Source: Lophium mytilinum (taxonomy: Eukaryota). Taken from it: a stretch of 64,000 nt of DNA. A program made the translations under genes and the position numbers. The notes beneath the pieces were generated by a model that worked only from the letters and a program-made list of their open reading frames with translations, made no database searches and was not told the DNA's origin. The stretch is taken from the NCBI GenBank assembly GCA_010093605.1, contig MU004184.1, positions 188,179 through 252,178 on the forward strand, read 5' to 3'. This document shows positions 1 to 12,942 of the stretch, piece by piece (positions within the stretch are counted from its first letter, which is position 1; each line of letters begins with the position of its first letter).

Positions 1-2352
1 GGACGAGAGGACGCCTGGCGTTTGTGGCATGGCCATCTAACCACAGATTAGTGTCAAGAAGAGCTGTGAGAGGCCTCCGGAGGGGAGTGGTGTGGTCATC
101 CGAGCTGGCTTACATCGCCCGACGGCATCGAGTCAGCAACCGAAGCTGGCCTGAGGCGCCGAGCGATGTTGAGTCTGCACAGTAGCTCAACACCACGAGT
201 TCTCTGTGGAAGCCCTTGCCAATTGTATGACTAAGACCGTGCTGAGGCCACGTCGCTCAGATGGATGTTGTCCCGTATGCCTCCTCTCGTCAACCAGGTT
301 CTTCCCGACGACAATGTCCTGGCAATTTCCCAGCTGTGTGACGGATAGCATCGAATCGGACTGTGTTTGGATGATGAGGGTGGATATGAGGAAGAGGGTC
401 GGAAGGTAGAGAGTTGGAAGGGTAGAGGGTCGGAAGATAGGAAGGGGCTAGCGGAGGTCTAGTCGGTATTTTCGAATGTCTGGTATAGACGTGGTGTCAG
501 TACGGCTGGATGTTGAGAAAACGAGCGGTCGGACCTACTGGAATGTAACTCGATCTTCATTCGCCTACGCAAAAAGTCCCTGTGATCAATTCGAGTCGCG
601 CCGTCACGATGCAAGGAGCACCCGAGGGCTAAGAGAGAAAGCTTTCGATTTCAACTACCCAGACTCCCTGACCCTTCTACCGCGAACGGAAATCAAGAAA
701 AGCTCATCGCTAAACGCATCGGGCTCTCTCCAGTTCTTGATCTCGACTCGGTGGGCGCCGAAGTCAGAGTCAGCCTTCTTGAACATGTCAGACTGAATAG
801 TCTCCAGGAGTGCTGGGATGGCGTCCTTCAGGTCTGAGCTGGCTGTCTCTCGAGCTCGGTCCTTGTTGTCGATATCGCGGCGGGAGAGTTTCCAACAGCT
901 AGCAGAGGTATCTTCTAGTAAGCTTCGAAAATTGGTTTGATTCCGGTGGGGCGCACAACGAACGCTCGGCTTGACTGGGGTGTTCAGAGGGAGGGGTCGA
1001 GTTGACTGTAGGAACGCGGCCAGGGCAGTGGGCGCTGGGGTTTGGCGAAACCGACTCCTTGTTTGTTGACCGACAGGGTATGAGAGCGAGCGCACCACCT
1101 TTCGAATAAGTCTCTGGTTAAGGATGGAGACGTAGGAGAGCGAGCGCACCGCATATCGGACGGTCTTCAGGTTGTAGGAACCCCATAGCTTGCTCTTGCT
1201 GGGTTACAGAGGACAAGGCGCTCGGAGCACAGCAACCATCACACAACTTCTTGATACGACGCTACACATCGATGTTCTTGTCGTTCACGATGTAGACTGG
1301 AACATGAGGGCGAGAGGTGAACTTGTTTCTAGACACGAGCATCGCTGTATCCCTGTTCTTGTCGTTCACGATGCAGACCGGAACATGGGTTCTGGCTCAC
1401 GATGGTGATCTAGCGACAGTCGTTAGTAGGTCGTTAGAAGCAGGAGATGGAGTGGACTTACATCATATTGATACGTGGGCTTGGTGGGACGTACCCACTC
1501 CCGCCGCCAGTTCATCACGTCGAAGAAGAGGAACCGACCCCGCTCCTATTGCTACGAGATGCGGATTGGCTGTGGCAGCTCGGGGTCCTTCATCACCCAC
1601 TGCCGTAGGACCTTGTGCCACCGCCAGTCGCGACATGAGGGTGACGGCAATCTCCCGGCTCATCCTCAGAACCAAGCTCTGCCGGAACGTTTCAAAGGGT
1701 CAGCACCAAGAGCGGAGGTGCTCAAGGCAAAGGCTGTACATCAGGTCCGTGACACTCCGATTCGAGGAGAGTATCCCCATCGGCATCTTCCTTGCCAACC
1801 ACGGTGAGATCTCCGTGCTCGGAAAATCTTCACTTCCTGCAAGCGATTATGCTCCTCCAAAGGCACCCGGAGTCTGGACCTGTGGAGCGGGGGTGCTGGA
1901 TGTTGACGGCGAAGCTTGGAGAGGCGGGCAGGGCACGTATTGGTCGGTTGGCTGTGGGAAGTGGAAGTCGCTGTTGCTGGCGTCGCGGTAGCAGACTTCC
2001 TACAAGCGTCGGAAAGGGTTAGCATGGATCTGAAAGGTTGATGAGGGAGACATACCTGAGATGCGGGCTGGATAGACGCCGCGTTGTCATTCGCAAGTAG
2101 ATCACTCACTTCCGCTCGGCAGGGGCCCGAGGGCTAGAAGGGGGACAGGGTTTCATTGAAGCTCAAGCTACGAACGAAAACGAAAACGGCAAGCCCAAAG
2201 CACCTCAATCCTTCCTCCGAGTCCAAGAATCTGAGGGTAGTTGCCGCGTGCTCCCAAATCTCTCGATCGCCAACATTTCTGTGTAAGTTGTCAGTCAAGA
2301 AGCTCCTAGGCAGTCGCTATAGTGAGGCGAAAGTGAAGTGAGTTCTTCTTAC

Positions 2353-2412
2353 CTCGCGAACATTAGCCAATCCTCCCATGAGATTCTCGTTGCTCGGCAT
2401 GTTGATGGCCTG
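2353..2412 (-). pseudogene. GBP2: GBP2/HRB1-like RRM protein fragment (end of RRM1)
   Basis: Reads QAINMPSNENLMGGLANVRE (family [20 protein letters not shown]). A GTAAG donor follows at 2352, the same intron position as in the 60855-60948 copy. Confidence 0.75.
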
Positions 2413-2562
2413 GGTGGGGGTGCTCGACGCGTCCAGCATCATCGCGTCCTCAGACGTTACGGAAGACATTGTGGAGGTGAGAGAGGTGAGATTGTGGGGT
2501 GAATTAGACTGCCTGATGCAAGCGATCGGCCTCAGGAAGGTGGATGAGGGTTGGTGTTAAGG

Positions 2563-2622
2563 CAGCAATCCGTCCACAAGGTTCTGGTTGCGGAGAGCGT
2601 TGACGGCATGTTGGCGCAGCTG
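2563..2622 (-). pseudogene. GBP2: Second GBP2/HRB1-like RRM1 fragment
   Basis: Reads DQLRQHAVNALRNQNLVDGLL, matching [19 protein letters not shown]. Confidence 0.65.
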
Positions 2623-5600
2623 ATCGGCTGGACAAAGATGTGTCCATTGACGCACAAGGACCTTACTAGTCAGCAATCTGTTGAATCTTTGGGAGGGCAG
2701 AGACGATCTCACCTGCATGACGGAGAAGGAGTCTTGTTCGAGCTCTGCGCACCGACGAGACCGCTCCTCTCCTACGGAGTGAAGAGAAGAGGACCGGAGA
2801 AAGACGACGCAGAAGCCTCACTTTGGCAAGCCGAGCTTACCGACGGAGGCTTTCGAGTAGGGTCAAGGCTAGTAGGCTAGGGAGACCGAAGCGTTCATTT
2901 TCGGTCATCTCCGACAAACGCTTGTGCTGCGGTACCTGCTGACTTGGAGACTGGACGGCATCCGACCTAAAGCTCTGATCCCACTGGGTCTGCTGTGTCC
3001 GCTGGGTAGGTCAAGTTCGCCCATGCGACTCACCCAGTCTTCGTTGGGATAGAAGCTGCGAGCTTGTCCGTTGTGGCCGGCCACTTCTGGGCCGAACGAT
3101 GACGCGGTGTACGTCGGATATGCAGCGGACATAGACGTAGGCAGAGTTGCCTGTTGGGTTTACTCGTCCATATTGAGGGTTGGTCGGCATGTTCTCACGT
3201 CCACAGGAAGCATTGGCCACTACTGGCGTCCGTCCGTACGAAGAATTGAAGGCTGCATTTGGGGGCGACAGGACTGTCAGCCCGGCTAGCGGAGATGGTC
3301 GCGAGAGGCCGGAGTAGTTTCCTGGGGGAGGAAACGAACCCATTGACGGCCTAGAGGGTTGTTGTGGTCAGCATGCAGGCTTGGTTGAGAGACGTCGACT
3401 GCCTGGCACTGACGCAGCGGGCGGCTCGCGACAAGACCGGCTGCAGTGGGCCAGCTCAAGCGGACGAGGAGAACAGATGAAGAGAGTAACGTACATAAAG
3501 CCGAAGATCATGTCTGCCATCTCCCTGAAGAGCGGGCGAGGTGGTGAGGATGGTTAAGGCGGAGGTGAGGTAGGTAGAAGGTGAGGTTGAGGTGGGGCGA
3601 GGCGCTGGATATCAACATAGTGGGGCGGAGGTTGCCGTTAGCCACAGCGGCAGCAGCTACGGCAGGTCACTCGCAGTGAGAGCGCCCGATAAGGTCTGCG
3701 AAAAAGACTCATTGAGCAAAGATTGCAGTGCACTGGAGCGGTCGACGCCCTGGTAAGCAAAGAAACCAGGGACGTCCGCAGAACATGTCTTAAGGCGGGG
3801 GAATTCAGTTCTTTAGGCACTTACTGTACGCATTGTATTTTTAAATAGAGTATAAGAGACAGTGGACACTAATGCCTATGAGTTGGTCGTTTCGATTTGG
3901 CTTTCCGCTGGCGATTTTGGCGTGCTTGTGAACCATGGCACCGCGAGGGCCAACCTTGGAATGCCATACTCTATATCAACGTCACGAGTGCTAAACAGCC
4001 TGCAGAGAATGCCATGATTGAATTGAGTTAGCATCTATAGTTTACAAAGATATTGAGTGGTCAAAGACGCATTGCCTACTCAGTGAGGCATGGCACAGAA
4101 ACAGCGCGTTCGCTTTTCCTGTGAGCATTAACTATCCACGCCACGGCGGAGAATGCACATGCTGAGGATGTTGCGGAGGTTTAGAGCCTCTAGAGCCCTC
4201 TTTTTCGTGTATAGGTAGGGAATTGGCGTGATGTCTACTCAGTGAGGGACGGGCGCTGCTCTACGCAGCCATTGCGGGCGGGGCCAAAGGCGGCGATGTC
4301 CCCGCTATGCGGCATTCCAGAGACTTGCGCTCGTCCTCCTCCACAACCGCCTCAAACCCATACCGCGACGGGCCCTGAAGCCTCTATGTATCCTCCGAAT
4401 GCCCTCTGAAGGATGCTGACCACCCTTATTTCGGCTCGGAAGCAAAAGACATCGTCGGCGCCTCGATTACGAGCACCACCTTGAGCCCCCAACCTCTTAA
4501 CATGCGTCCAATGGCGCTCTGCAGAGCTTTCCGAGAGTAGTGACGTTCAAGTCTTCCGTGTTACCAAAAGTACTGACCAAGAGCTCTGTGCCTACTAGTA
4601 GACATCATCAGCAACGCCCCTTCAGCGTGAACAAAACCGCTCCTCCTCCGTTCTACCCCTTCGAACCTCACGATCACGGTGTCAGAGACCCAAAAGCCCT
4701 TCCCCAACCCAGACAAGCTGCGTACGACGATGGACCACCCGTAACATCCTCCCTGACATCTCCACCACCAGGACCCAGCCCCATGGGACCTTTTTTCTGT
4801 ATGCGTTGATCCTCAGGATCCACCCAGCCAGCTGTCCACACCCTCCATCAACGCACATCGACCAATGCTTTGCTGCACATTCCGGAAAAAGGCCTCTGAG
4901 TTTGCTCAAGGCAAGAGCAAACAAAGTCATGGATCGAGGTGGACGGATTTTCATCACCACCCACGGCATCGTGGAAAGAGCTAGGGCGAGTTTTATCAAA
5001 GCAGAGCACCCAGAACCATAGCATGTCGCGCAGGCTCGTTTGATCCTTCCCTCCCCGCAAGGGGCCAGCAGACATTCTAGCTGCCTCTTAATATCCTTGA
5101 CTCCCTGGCCACCTGTTCACCCTCGCCGGATGGAGGGGGCGGTGGTTGATTCCTGGAGAAAGGAAGTTGAGGGCAGGTCTGGGGGGCCTTTTATACCTCG
5201 CTGGAATGGCGGCAGGGAGGCAAGCACGTGGTACCCGTGGTACTTTGAGGGCTTCCAGAAGGATCGACGCCAGTTGAAGTAATTCACTGAACGATGGCAA
5301 ACACCAGGCCGGCGAGAGAGGGGAAGGTAAGAGCCGGTAGCATGCTATCGCGGAGGCGGAAAGCAGACGCTAGAAGCATACATTCTCGGCTTAGCACGTA
5401 GCAATACCGAAATCTACTCCGTCGTGACCACACGTGCAGACCCCGTGCCACTAAGCCGCCGCGGCAAACTCTTTTCTTGCTGGGGTATAAAAGACTATCC
5501 TGGAGCTCCAAGAATCCTTCTTCGGCAGGCAGGGCAAGACGAGGAAGAGGAGGACACTGGGGTGATCAAAAAGGCGTGGCTGGACTGACCATGAGGGCTT

Positions 5601-6183
5601 AGTGTGTTTGTTCGAACAGCAACACGCGAGCCCATGCATGGAAAGTACAGTCGTGTCTTTCGATCAGTAAACTTGTGCATGAGCTTGACCATGTCGATCA
5701 AATGTGGCAGGCTAGGTCTCACATGGGGGCTTCGAATAGTGGTATCCGTGGACCTCATGGGAGATCAAAGCTGTTATGGAACATCATCATGGAGGCAACA
5801 ACAAGCAATTGCAGCCGCCGTTATGGGAGTTGGAAGCTCGGTTGGGAAGACTATCACGTCGGCGGTGTTGGTGAAACACATGTGGCCGAGAAGGCCGATG
5901 GGTAGCGGGGGTGCCTTTGGGCTGGTGATGAGGTCAAGCAACGTTGATTGATGGTGGAGGATACTGAGAGCAACTAATGATGGCGTACATGTGGAGACAG
6001 AAATAGTGGGTTTGTAGAGGAGAGATTGAACATCTAGCGAAGATGGCTATAGTGAGAGATTGGCACATTTGATACGAAATGGTGATGCGTGCAATTATCA
6101 AATAATGTATATTGGAAGACAGTTCACCGCACTTGGTTCGTAAACCCGTAACAGCCTCCTACATCGTCACTCTCGTGACTAGT

Positions 6184-7917
6184 CTATGGAAGGGATCTTT
6201 GAGACTTCGACCAGTGGTACTCGGGATCTATAATGATATCAGTAAATGCGTAACGCTTTTCAGGAGCAAGTGTCGTACTGCATTGTTCATAGGTAACGCG
6301 ATAGTGGTCTTGATGCTCGGCTGACCAGACCCACGGGTTTTCCTTGCCGCCACCGCCGAAACCGTGGGTCTGCCGATCGGCTACAGTATTTGAGTCTACG
6401 TTGTACAAAAGAGTTACGTCGTCCGTAGCTCTCTGGAAGGGCGGAGCCCCTATTGGAGGTACCGAACTGGGTCGAGCCATGGAAGGCGTATTGCGGGCAA
6501 CGGAGGGCGTGGTACGGGCAACGGAGGGCGTAGTAAGGGCAACGGAAGGCGTAGTACCGGGTCTGGGAATGAACGGTACTATCGGCAGGGTCGTTTCGAT
6601 CTCCTGTACACAATGATTACATAGGCACTTTTCAGTGTAATCTGCCTTCATGTCCTTGGCAACGGTCTTGAACAGCTTGGTCGCACTTGGCCGGAGTCTT
6701 GGTTGCTCTTGAATTAGGCTCTCGATCCATCGGAAAGGTGCATCATCTGAGTTTCCTGGTGGAGGGATGGTAAACCAACCGTCTGCATCGTCTGGACTTT
6801 CCTCTCGAATAATATTAACCCATTTGGTAAGCCCTTCGAGGTTTAGTGGGTACTGTGAGTTGGTCGTCCCGTTATTCTTCAGATACGATCGCAACCTCGC
6901 AACAGACTGTTGGGCTAGGACAGTGGCAATCTCCAGGAAAACAACCCCGAGAGACCAAAGATCGGAAGACGTATTACGAGGTGAGGAATCTCTGACCTCT
7001 GGAGCCGCGTAATGTCTCGTGAAACCTCGCGCTTCGCCTGTAGTTGTACTCCCTGACCCCTCGAAGTCGAACGCAAGACCGAAATCTGTGTAGTATGGTA
7101 TGTGGCCTCGGAGGACAATGTTCTCCGGTTTGATATCCTTGTGCCTCAGGCTAGCGCCGTGAATTGCTTTTAAGCCAGATGTAAGACATACGAACAATGA
7201 CCTTAATACCTTGGAATCCCGCGAAGGAGATACAAGATAATCGGCCAAATTGCACTCTCCTACAGTTCCCATAACAATGCCAAAATAGTCAGTATCTGTA
7301 AAACTTGCGGTAACTCGAACAACGTGATGATGCTGAACTTTTTTGGCGCTTTGGAGCTCAACCTCAAACTTTCGAAGAGTTTCCAGGTCTGTGTCGAATA
7401 TTGCTGCTCGATGCGTGAGCTTCATGGCGTAGCATTGACTGTTCTGGGAGATCTTGCGGACCTCTGCGCTCTGGGCGCCTCTCCCCAGACGATCTCCAAT
7501 CCTGATTTTCAGGTCGGAGTATGATTGGACATTCAGATGCTTCCCGCTGGACAAATCATTTTGGGTGCTCAGAACGTGTTTCTGAGCATAGAGAAATCTG
7601 GTTTTCAAAATTTCCGTCTTGAAAGCTCCCGGGAAGCTCTTGCTATCATACGGGAGACACATGTCGTTCACGCCTCTCTTGACGAATTCGTCCATTTCGT
7701 CTTCCTCGTTGATGGTATAGAGAGCGATGTAGACCCGAGGGTTTCTACTCCATTCATAATGCCCATCTGTTGCCAGTACCACTGAAATTGTTTTGATTTC
7801 CTCTTCTGAATAAGGGCGAGGGCGCTTCCGCATTCCAGGCTCGTTCCGGTGGAGTAAGCCGCTTAGCGCCAGCTCCATGATCGGCTGTGTTGCACGGTGT
7901 GGCTCAGCCAATGCCAT
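6184..7917 (-). CDS. Ser/Thr protein kinase, non-RD (HKD) fungal lineage-expanded type
   Basis: 577-aa ORF with LGRG, AMK, HKDIKPEN, DFG, APE and DLWSLG motifs. TTPSVAR repeats in the tail. Probable in-frame 51-nt intron 6278-6228 (GTACGA..ACTGAT..TAG). Confidence 0.9.
   Translation of the reverse strand: MALAEPHRATQPIMELALSGLLHRNEPGMRKRPRPYSEEEIKTISVVLATDGHYEWSRNPRVYIALYTINEEDEMDEFVKRGVNDMCLPYDSKSFPGAFKTEILKTRFLYAQKHVLSTQNDLSSGKHLNVQSYSDLKIRIGDRLGRGAQSAEVRKISQNSQCYAMKLTHRAAIFDTDLETLRKFEVELQSAKKVQHHHVVRVTASFTDTDYFGIVMGTVGECNLADYLVSPSRDSKVLRSLFVCLTSGLKAIHGASLRHKDIKPENIVLRGHIPYYTDFGLAFDFEGSGSTTTGEARGFTRHYAAPEVRDSSPRNTSSDLWSLGVVFLEIATVLAQQSVARLRSYLKNNGTTNSQYPLNLEGLTKWVNIIREESPDDADGWFTIPPPGNSDDAPFRWIESLIQEQPRLRPSATKLFKTVAKDMKADYTEKCLCNHCVQEIETTLPIVPFIPRPGTTPSVALTTPSVARTTPSVARNTPSMARPSSVPPIGAPPFQRATDDVTLLYNVDSNTVADRQTHGFGGGGKENPWVWSAEHQDHYRVTYEQCSTTLAPEKRYAFTDIIIDPEYHWSKSQRSLP
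6480..6560 (-). repeat. 21-bp coding tandem repeat (about 4 copies, TTPSVA[LR])
   Basis: GGCAACGGARGGCGT recurs at 21-bp spacing inside the kinase ORF. Confidence 0.85.
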
Positions 7918-9670
7918 CAGTATTTGGGCCGCGAGAAATGTATAGAGGGGCTCAGTAGTTCAAGGAGCTCGGAGGGGTTCAGGATGTTCCTCGGGTATGA
8001 GCCTGCGACAAAGAAATACGACCTGTGATGCCTCGACAGCCGATAAGGTTAGCATAGAAGACGTTGGAGCTTGAGCAGGTCTCACAAAGCCGAATTCACA
8101 GTGAACGACCGATCCCCAGGAAGCTTCCGCAACTAGACTGAAGTATCGGAGCTAGATTTCAAGTCCGCTGCCCCTCCCAAACAAGGCTGAATTGGATGAG
8201 GCGGCAGCCTCCACGGCTCTGGGGACGTAGGGGATACTGAAGGCCTTCGGCGGCAATCCGTGAAGCGAACACTAAAATACGACGTGCAAGAGATGGTCCC
8301 GGTAACTGTGGTGAGGAGAATGAAGGGATTGAATGAGCCTGAGGGCTGGGTGCGGGGATGTCCGGAGAGGCTGAAGCGGGATGCGACGTGGCCCTGCGAG
8401 GCTGAGAATAGCTGCATGGTGGCGCTCTGGGCGTGGGGGCCAAAGCAGAAACGACCGACCAATGATACGAAGCTACAGAAAACTAATCCATCTGTATTTC
8501 AACATTGTCTGCAAGCAACGAGTGAGCTCTGACGGAAGGTTTGGGGAATGCCGAAGACTGCGGCACGCCCGGGCGGTGACCTATGTCTACCAACCACGAC
8601 TTTCTGAGTATAGTTTAATACATACTCCTTGGATTGGAACATTTGGCCTGGAGCTCTAGGAGTGCGTTGAAGCCCTTCAGACGGTAGCATTTGACCGTCA
8701 GAATGGAGTCGATTCGACCAAGATATGCAAGGTGAGTCTAGGTTTCATTACTGTCTGATCCGTAAACGATGTGATTGTCATTTTGTATTGACTTCTTGCG
8801 ATATGTTGAGGTCCTACAGACGAATGGAATGGATGATCTTTCGCGATGTGAGCTTACATCAATCTGAGGCATTATCTGATATTGAAGAGAATGAGGAATG
8901 CTTCTCACGGTGACCTAATCTCCGCATAACGGCGCTTTGCATCCCACCAGAACTTCCGGGAGCAGGGTGAGGTCCTGCAGACGACGGCGAGCGACGATAA
9001 AGGAAGATGCGATCTCACCCCGGTCTCGACCGTGGGCCGATATTCTAGCGAATAACTAATACTTGTACCGACTATCTGATATGCGCATTTCGGAGCCTGA
9101 CATCTCATTTGCAATTCTGGAAGCATGTTGAGGCCCCCAGACGATGCTGAACGCGACCCAATACGACTATAAGCATGCAACGATCTTAACAGTGATGTGA
9201 TATAAACAAGATTATCGGATACCTTTGACCAATGTCTAGTTCACATCTATGTGGCCACGACATCCAATTCTGAGCGGCGGGAGGGTATTGAGATCCCCCA
9301 TACGACGTTACCAGAGCGTTAGGAAATTTTTTACTTAGCCATGATCCGTATACAGAGATAAAAATCAAGGGAATGAAACGTAGAGTGAAGATCTTCCTCA
9401 AAAGTAGTTCCAATATTGAATCATGCAGAAGAACGGAAGTTTAGTTCGAGAGAAGATACCCTGTACGGGGCCTGATAGTGTAGAATTACTATCGATCAGG
9501 AGACGTCCAAGACTCACAGAACCACCAAAGCAAACAACAACTCCAGTACCGCCGCCACCCAGTTATCCCACGACAAGGCCAAGGGAGCACCACCAAGGAC
9601 TTCCGTGACTACATCACCTTTGAGCCCCGCGACGGTAGCCCCCGTTCGCTAGAAGCGCTACTAGGACCCA

Positions 9671-10430
9671 CTACCGCCGGTTGATCGAGGCTCGCATGCG
9701 ACGCAGCCGCATCACATCCTTAGGATGCTCCCCCGCCATGTACTGCCACAATGGCCGCGTGAGGGCGCCGTTCCCCGAGAAGACGGGCTTCATCTCCTCC
9801 TTCTCCTCCTCTGCCGCGTCCGCGAGGACGTGCTCGGCGTATCGCCGCCCGCAGAAGCTGATGACGAGGGAGACCACCGTCTCCGCGTGCTCCTCGTATG
9901 GGGAGTCTTTGACGACGCGGAGGTCAGGCTGCGCAGAAGGCGTGTCAGTATGTGTGGTGGAAGAGTCTGATAGATAGAAACGTACCGCGCCGTCTTCCTT
10001 CGGGACCATGTAGTCCTCCGCCGCCTTCTCCTCTACCCACCGCAGCAGGTCCTCCCTCACGTCCTCCATCTTCTCCTCTTCCTTCCTGTACAGATTTTAG
10101 CTACGGCCAGAGAGACTGGTTACAGCAAGCGGAAGAGGTGTAATTACTCCAAGTCCTCCAGCTCCTTGTCGAGGGTGAGGACGTCTCCCCACACCTTCCT
10201 CAGCTCCACCGGCGTCTCCTTACTTGCAGCTCGCAAAGCGGCATGCGGGTCGGCGTACTGGGCGGTGTACCCGGCGATGAATACCTCGATGTCCCGGAGC
10301 ACTTCCAGGACTTCTGGTGCTGCTGATCCAAGATCACGTTAGAACACTCCCGCACCACGTTGAAGTGACAAACAGGCTTACCGGCTTCGTCCTTCTTGCC
10401 CTTCCCCTTCTGGCCTCCGCGTGTAGCCAT
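9671..10430 (-). CDS. Hypothetical protein, 3 exons, 212 aa
   Basis: Exons 10430-10382, 10322-10148 and 10085-9671 are joined by GTAAGC..CTAAC..CAG and GTAATT..GCTAAA..CAG introns. Splicing gives one uninterrupted frame with GC-rich codon use. Confidence 0.75.
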
Positions 10431-11059
10431 TGTAGTGAATTTGTGAGTGTTGGAAGGCTATGTGTGTGAATTAGCGTGATGCTGTTGGCTGAAAAGGAAG
10501 TCTAGGAGGCGACGCGCTGACGAACTGGTGTTGTGGGCAGAATTTCCAAAACACGTGACGTGGCTTGGCGTACGCGCTCATGTTTTGTTTCTCAACGAAC
10601 CGCGTCTTCTTACACCCCGCACTCCTTCAAAAACATATCAACAACTCGCCATCTTCTGTCACCCTTCGCGCCCACCGCATTCGTCCTACTTTGGCCTCTT
10701 GAGGTAATGGAAGCGCCTCCTTTCCGTTTCACAAGGAAATGGCCTGGTACAGCTATCGAGCTGCGCCGGTGGTGAAGCGGATGAAGCAGCCTCTAGCAGG
10801 TCTCCGGCCTCTTGTCGTACGTACGCCTGTTGCTCCGAATATCATCGCATCTAACGTCGCTATTTCCAAGACCTGCTGAACTTCACTGAATATTGTACAA
10901 GGCTTCAGATTACGGAGTCACTCCCTTCTGAGTCTCCTCAGCGATGGAGCACCTCTCTGAGCTCTGACCGTAAAGCGAGAACTACTCCATTCTCGGACAT
11001 CAATTGCAGGTATGTTCAGCTCGTTAACCCTCAATTGCCTTCATCAACGTACATTCCAC

Positions 11060-11990
11060 ATTCCTCGAAATTTATGAGCGTTTCACTCCCGGCAACGACC
11101 AATCGGGGCAGATTTATCACTCTGTTCTCTGTCTCGATGAAAGGTCGTCTCGTCGCTCCCCGGAGCAGAGAGACTTCCACTCATGGCCAAGATCAACTTG
11201 CTCCTCGACTGCGAGGCGTGGTGGGCCATCGGCCAGAGCTACCGAGTTGCGCGAGGTCCTTCGCCGTTCGGGGCAAAGGCCACGTACATGCTCCTTCTTA
11301 CCGACTTGATCTCAAGCTCACGTTGTTGACTTGGAAAAAAGGAATAAGTTAACGAAGAGTACAGACATTCACTTGGTAAACTATGCCTATCTCCTCCCCA
11401 CAGACCCCATTCTCCTTCATGCGATCCCACGTCACTGGCCACGACCAATCGAGCTATAGTCAAGCCTACCTTATCTATCTCGATTGGAGGTCGTCTCGTC
11501 GCTCTTCGGAGCAAAGGGACTTCCGTTCACGGCCAAGATCAATTTGTTTCTCGACTGCATACCGTAAATAGATGACTGACGGCGCGGGGTCCTTGGCCGC
11601 TCGGTGTTTTCAATTACGGACATTTACCCTTCTTTCTTCCCATTTCGAAGGTTTTCTTGTTGACTTATAAGCTAGTAATCGTTATCAAGTATCACGTCTT
11701 GAGCTGGTAAGCTATTCTACTTTTCAACAGACTCTGCACTCTTGAATACAGCCCCACACTACTGGCCACGACCAGTTGAGGTAGAGTCATGCCTACGTTC
11801 TCTATCTCAATTGGAGGTCGTTTCGCCGCTTCTCTGAGCAAAGAGACTTCCATTCAAGGCCAGTAACAATTTGTTCTTCGACTGCAAACCGTAATTGAAA
11901 ATCTGACGGCGCGAGGTCTTTGGCCGCTCGGTGTTTACGTTACGGACATTCCCCACTCACTGTTCCCATTTTGAATCTTTTCTCAGTGGT
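11060..11990. repeat. Diverged tandem repeat, 3 units of ~327-346 bp
   Basis: GGTCGTYTCGYCGCT..GAGCA..GACTTCC..GGCCA anchors at 11143, 11489 and 11816. Confidence 0.85.
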
Positions 11991-12534
11991 TCATCGGCTG
12001 ACCATCAATATCAGGTATCGGAAGTAAGTAATCAGGCTATCTCACTCCTCTACCAAATTCGCGTCATCGAAAACCTCCCCTTTGTGCCCTTGTCTACACT
12101 CGTCTACAATCCTCCCATTTAGAGATTCTGTGCATGAGGCGATGCGAATCTCGACTTTTTGGGAAGGCACCGAGCCTTCCGGACAGATAACGCTCTTCAT
12201 GCACCTGTCCGGTCGAACAGCAGGGTCCGCCAGCATGGTGTGTTTACGCTTCGGCGAAGAACCTAAGTGCTGTGCTGGTCTCCTCTGCTCATCGCCGAGA
12301 AGAAGAGGGGCCTCCGGGCCGATCACCTCATTGCGTATCGTAAAAGGGCATCGTACGAAACCTCCCCGTAGTACTCTGCAGAAGATACCGTCATACATAA
12401 TTATCGCTTTCACTTCTCCTGCCTGCACTTTCAGAGGATTGCAAAGGGACGTGCTAACAGCGTCACAGGACAACAGTTTACTAACCACGCTTTCCCACAC
12501 AGATGTGCAACGAGTGTTTCATGATTAGGTGTCC

Positions 12535-12660
12535 GGCTTTGGCGACATCCAAAGCTCGAAGTCGATCATCGATCTGAAGACGAGCCTCTGCAAAGGGTAA
12601 GCATCTTTTCCATACTCACAGTCGTCAGCTGCTAACTCGCAGCCTCAGATTTGGCTTCAC
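12535..12660 (+). pseudogene. MSSP/Spo5-like RRM protein fragment (RRM1), copy 1
   Basis: Reads GFGDIQSSKSIIDLKTSLCKG|FGF with retained intron 12597-12648 (GTAAGC..GCTAAC..CAG). Confidence 0.8.
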
Positions 12661-12762
12661 GTTTGGGGGTGTCGGATTTCCTTCGAGTCTTCACCGGCAC
12701 TACTATTGCTCCTGAGGATGCGTTTGATCCTTCTAAATGACCAAGTTTGACCGATTTCCTGG

Positions 12763-12942
12763 TTCTGGAACATCCAGAGCTCGAAGCCGATCATCGACTT
12801 AGAATTCATCCTCCGCAAAGGGTGAGTGACTTTTCCTTCGCTCCACGTAACACGGGTGACTCGCGCTTTCAGATTCGGCTTCATCAAGTACCACAACTTT
12901 GCGGATGCTGAGCACTGCATCCGCGGCTTCCACGATGTGGGT
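12763..12942 (+). pseudogene. MSSP/Spo5-like RRM protein fragment (RRM1), copy 2
   Basis: Reads NIQSSKPIIDLEFILRKG|FGFIKYHNFADAEHCIRGFHDVG. Intron 12822-12872 is at the same position as in copy 1. Confidence 0.85.

Noticed and set aside
1785..1845. LQE..FPSTEI.HRG on the minus strand resembling SUB2 motif IV/IVa
   Set aside because: Needs multiple frameshifts; left uncalled.
2208..2230. LDSEEG on the minus strand (PHO85-like)
   Set aside because: Six residues only; could be chance.
3900..4260. Weak ~150-bp periodicity (CTACTCAGTGAGG twice, GAGAATGC twice)
   Set aside because: Anchor spacings are inconsistent (145-159 bp) and there are only two copies.
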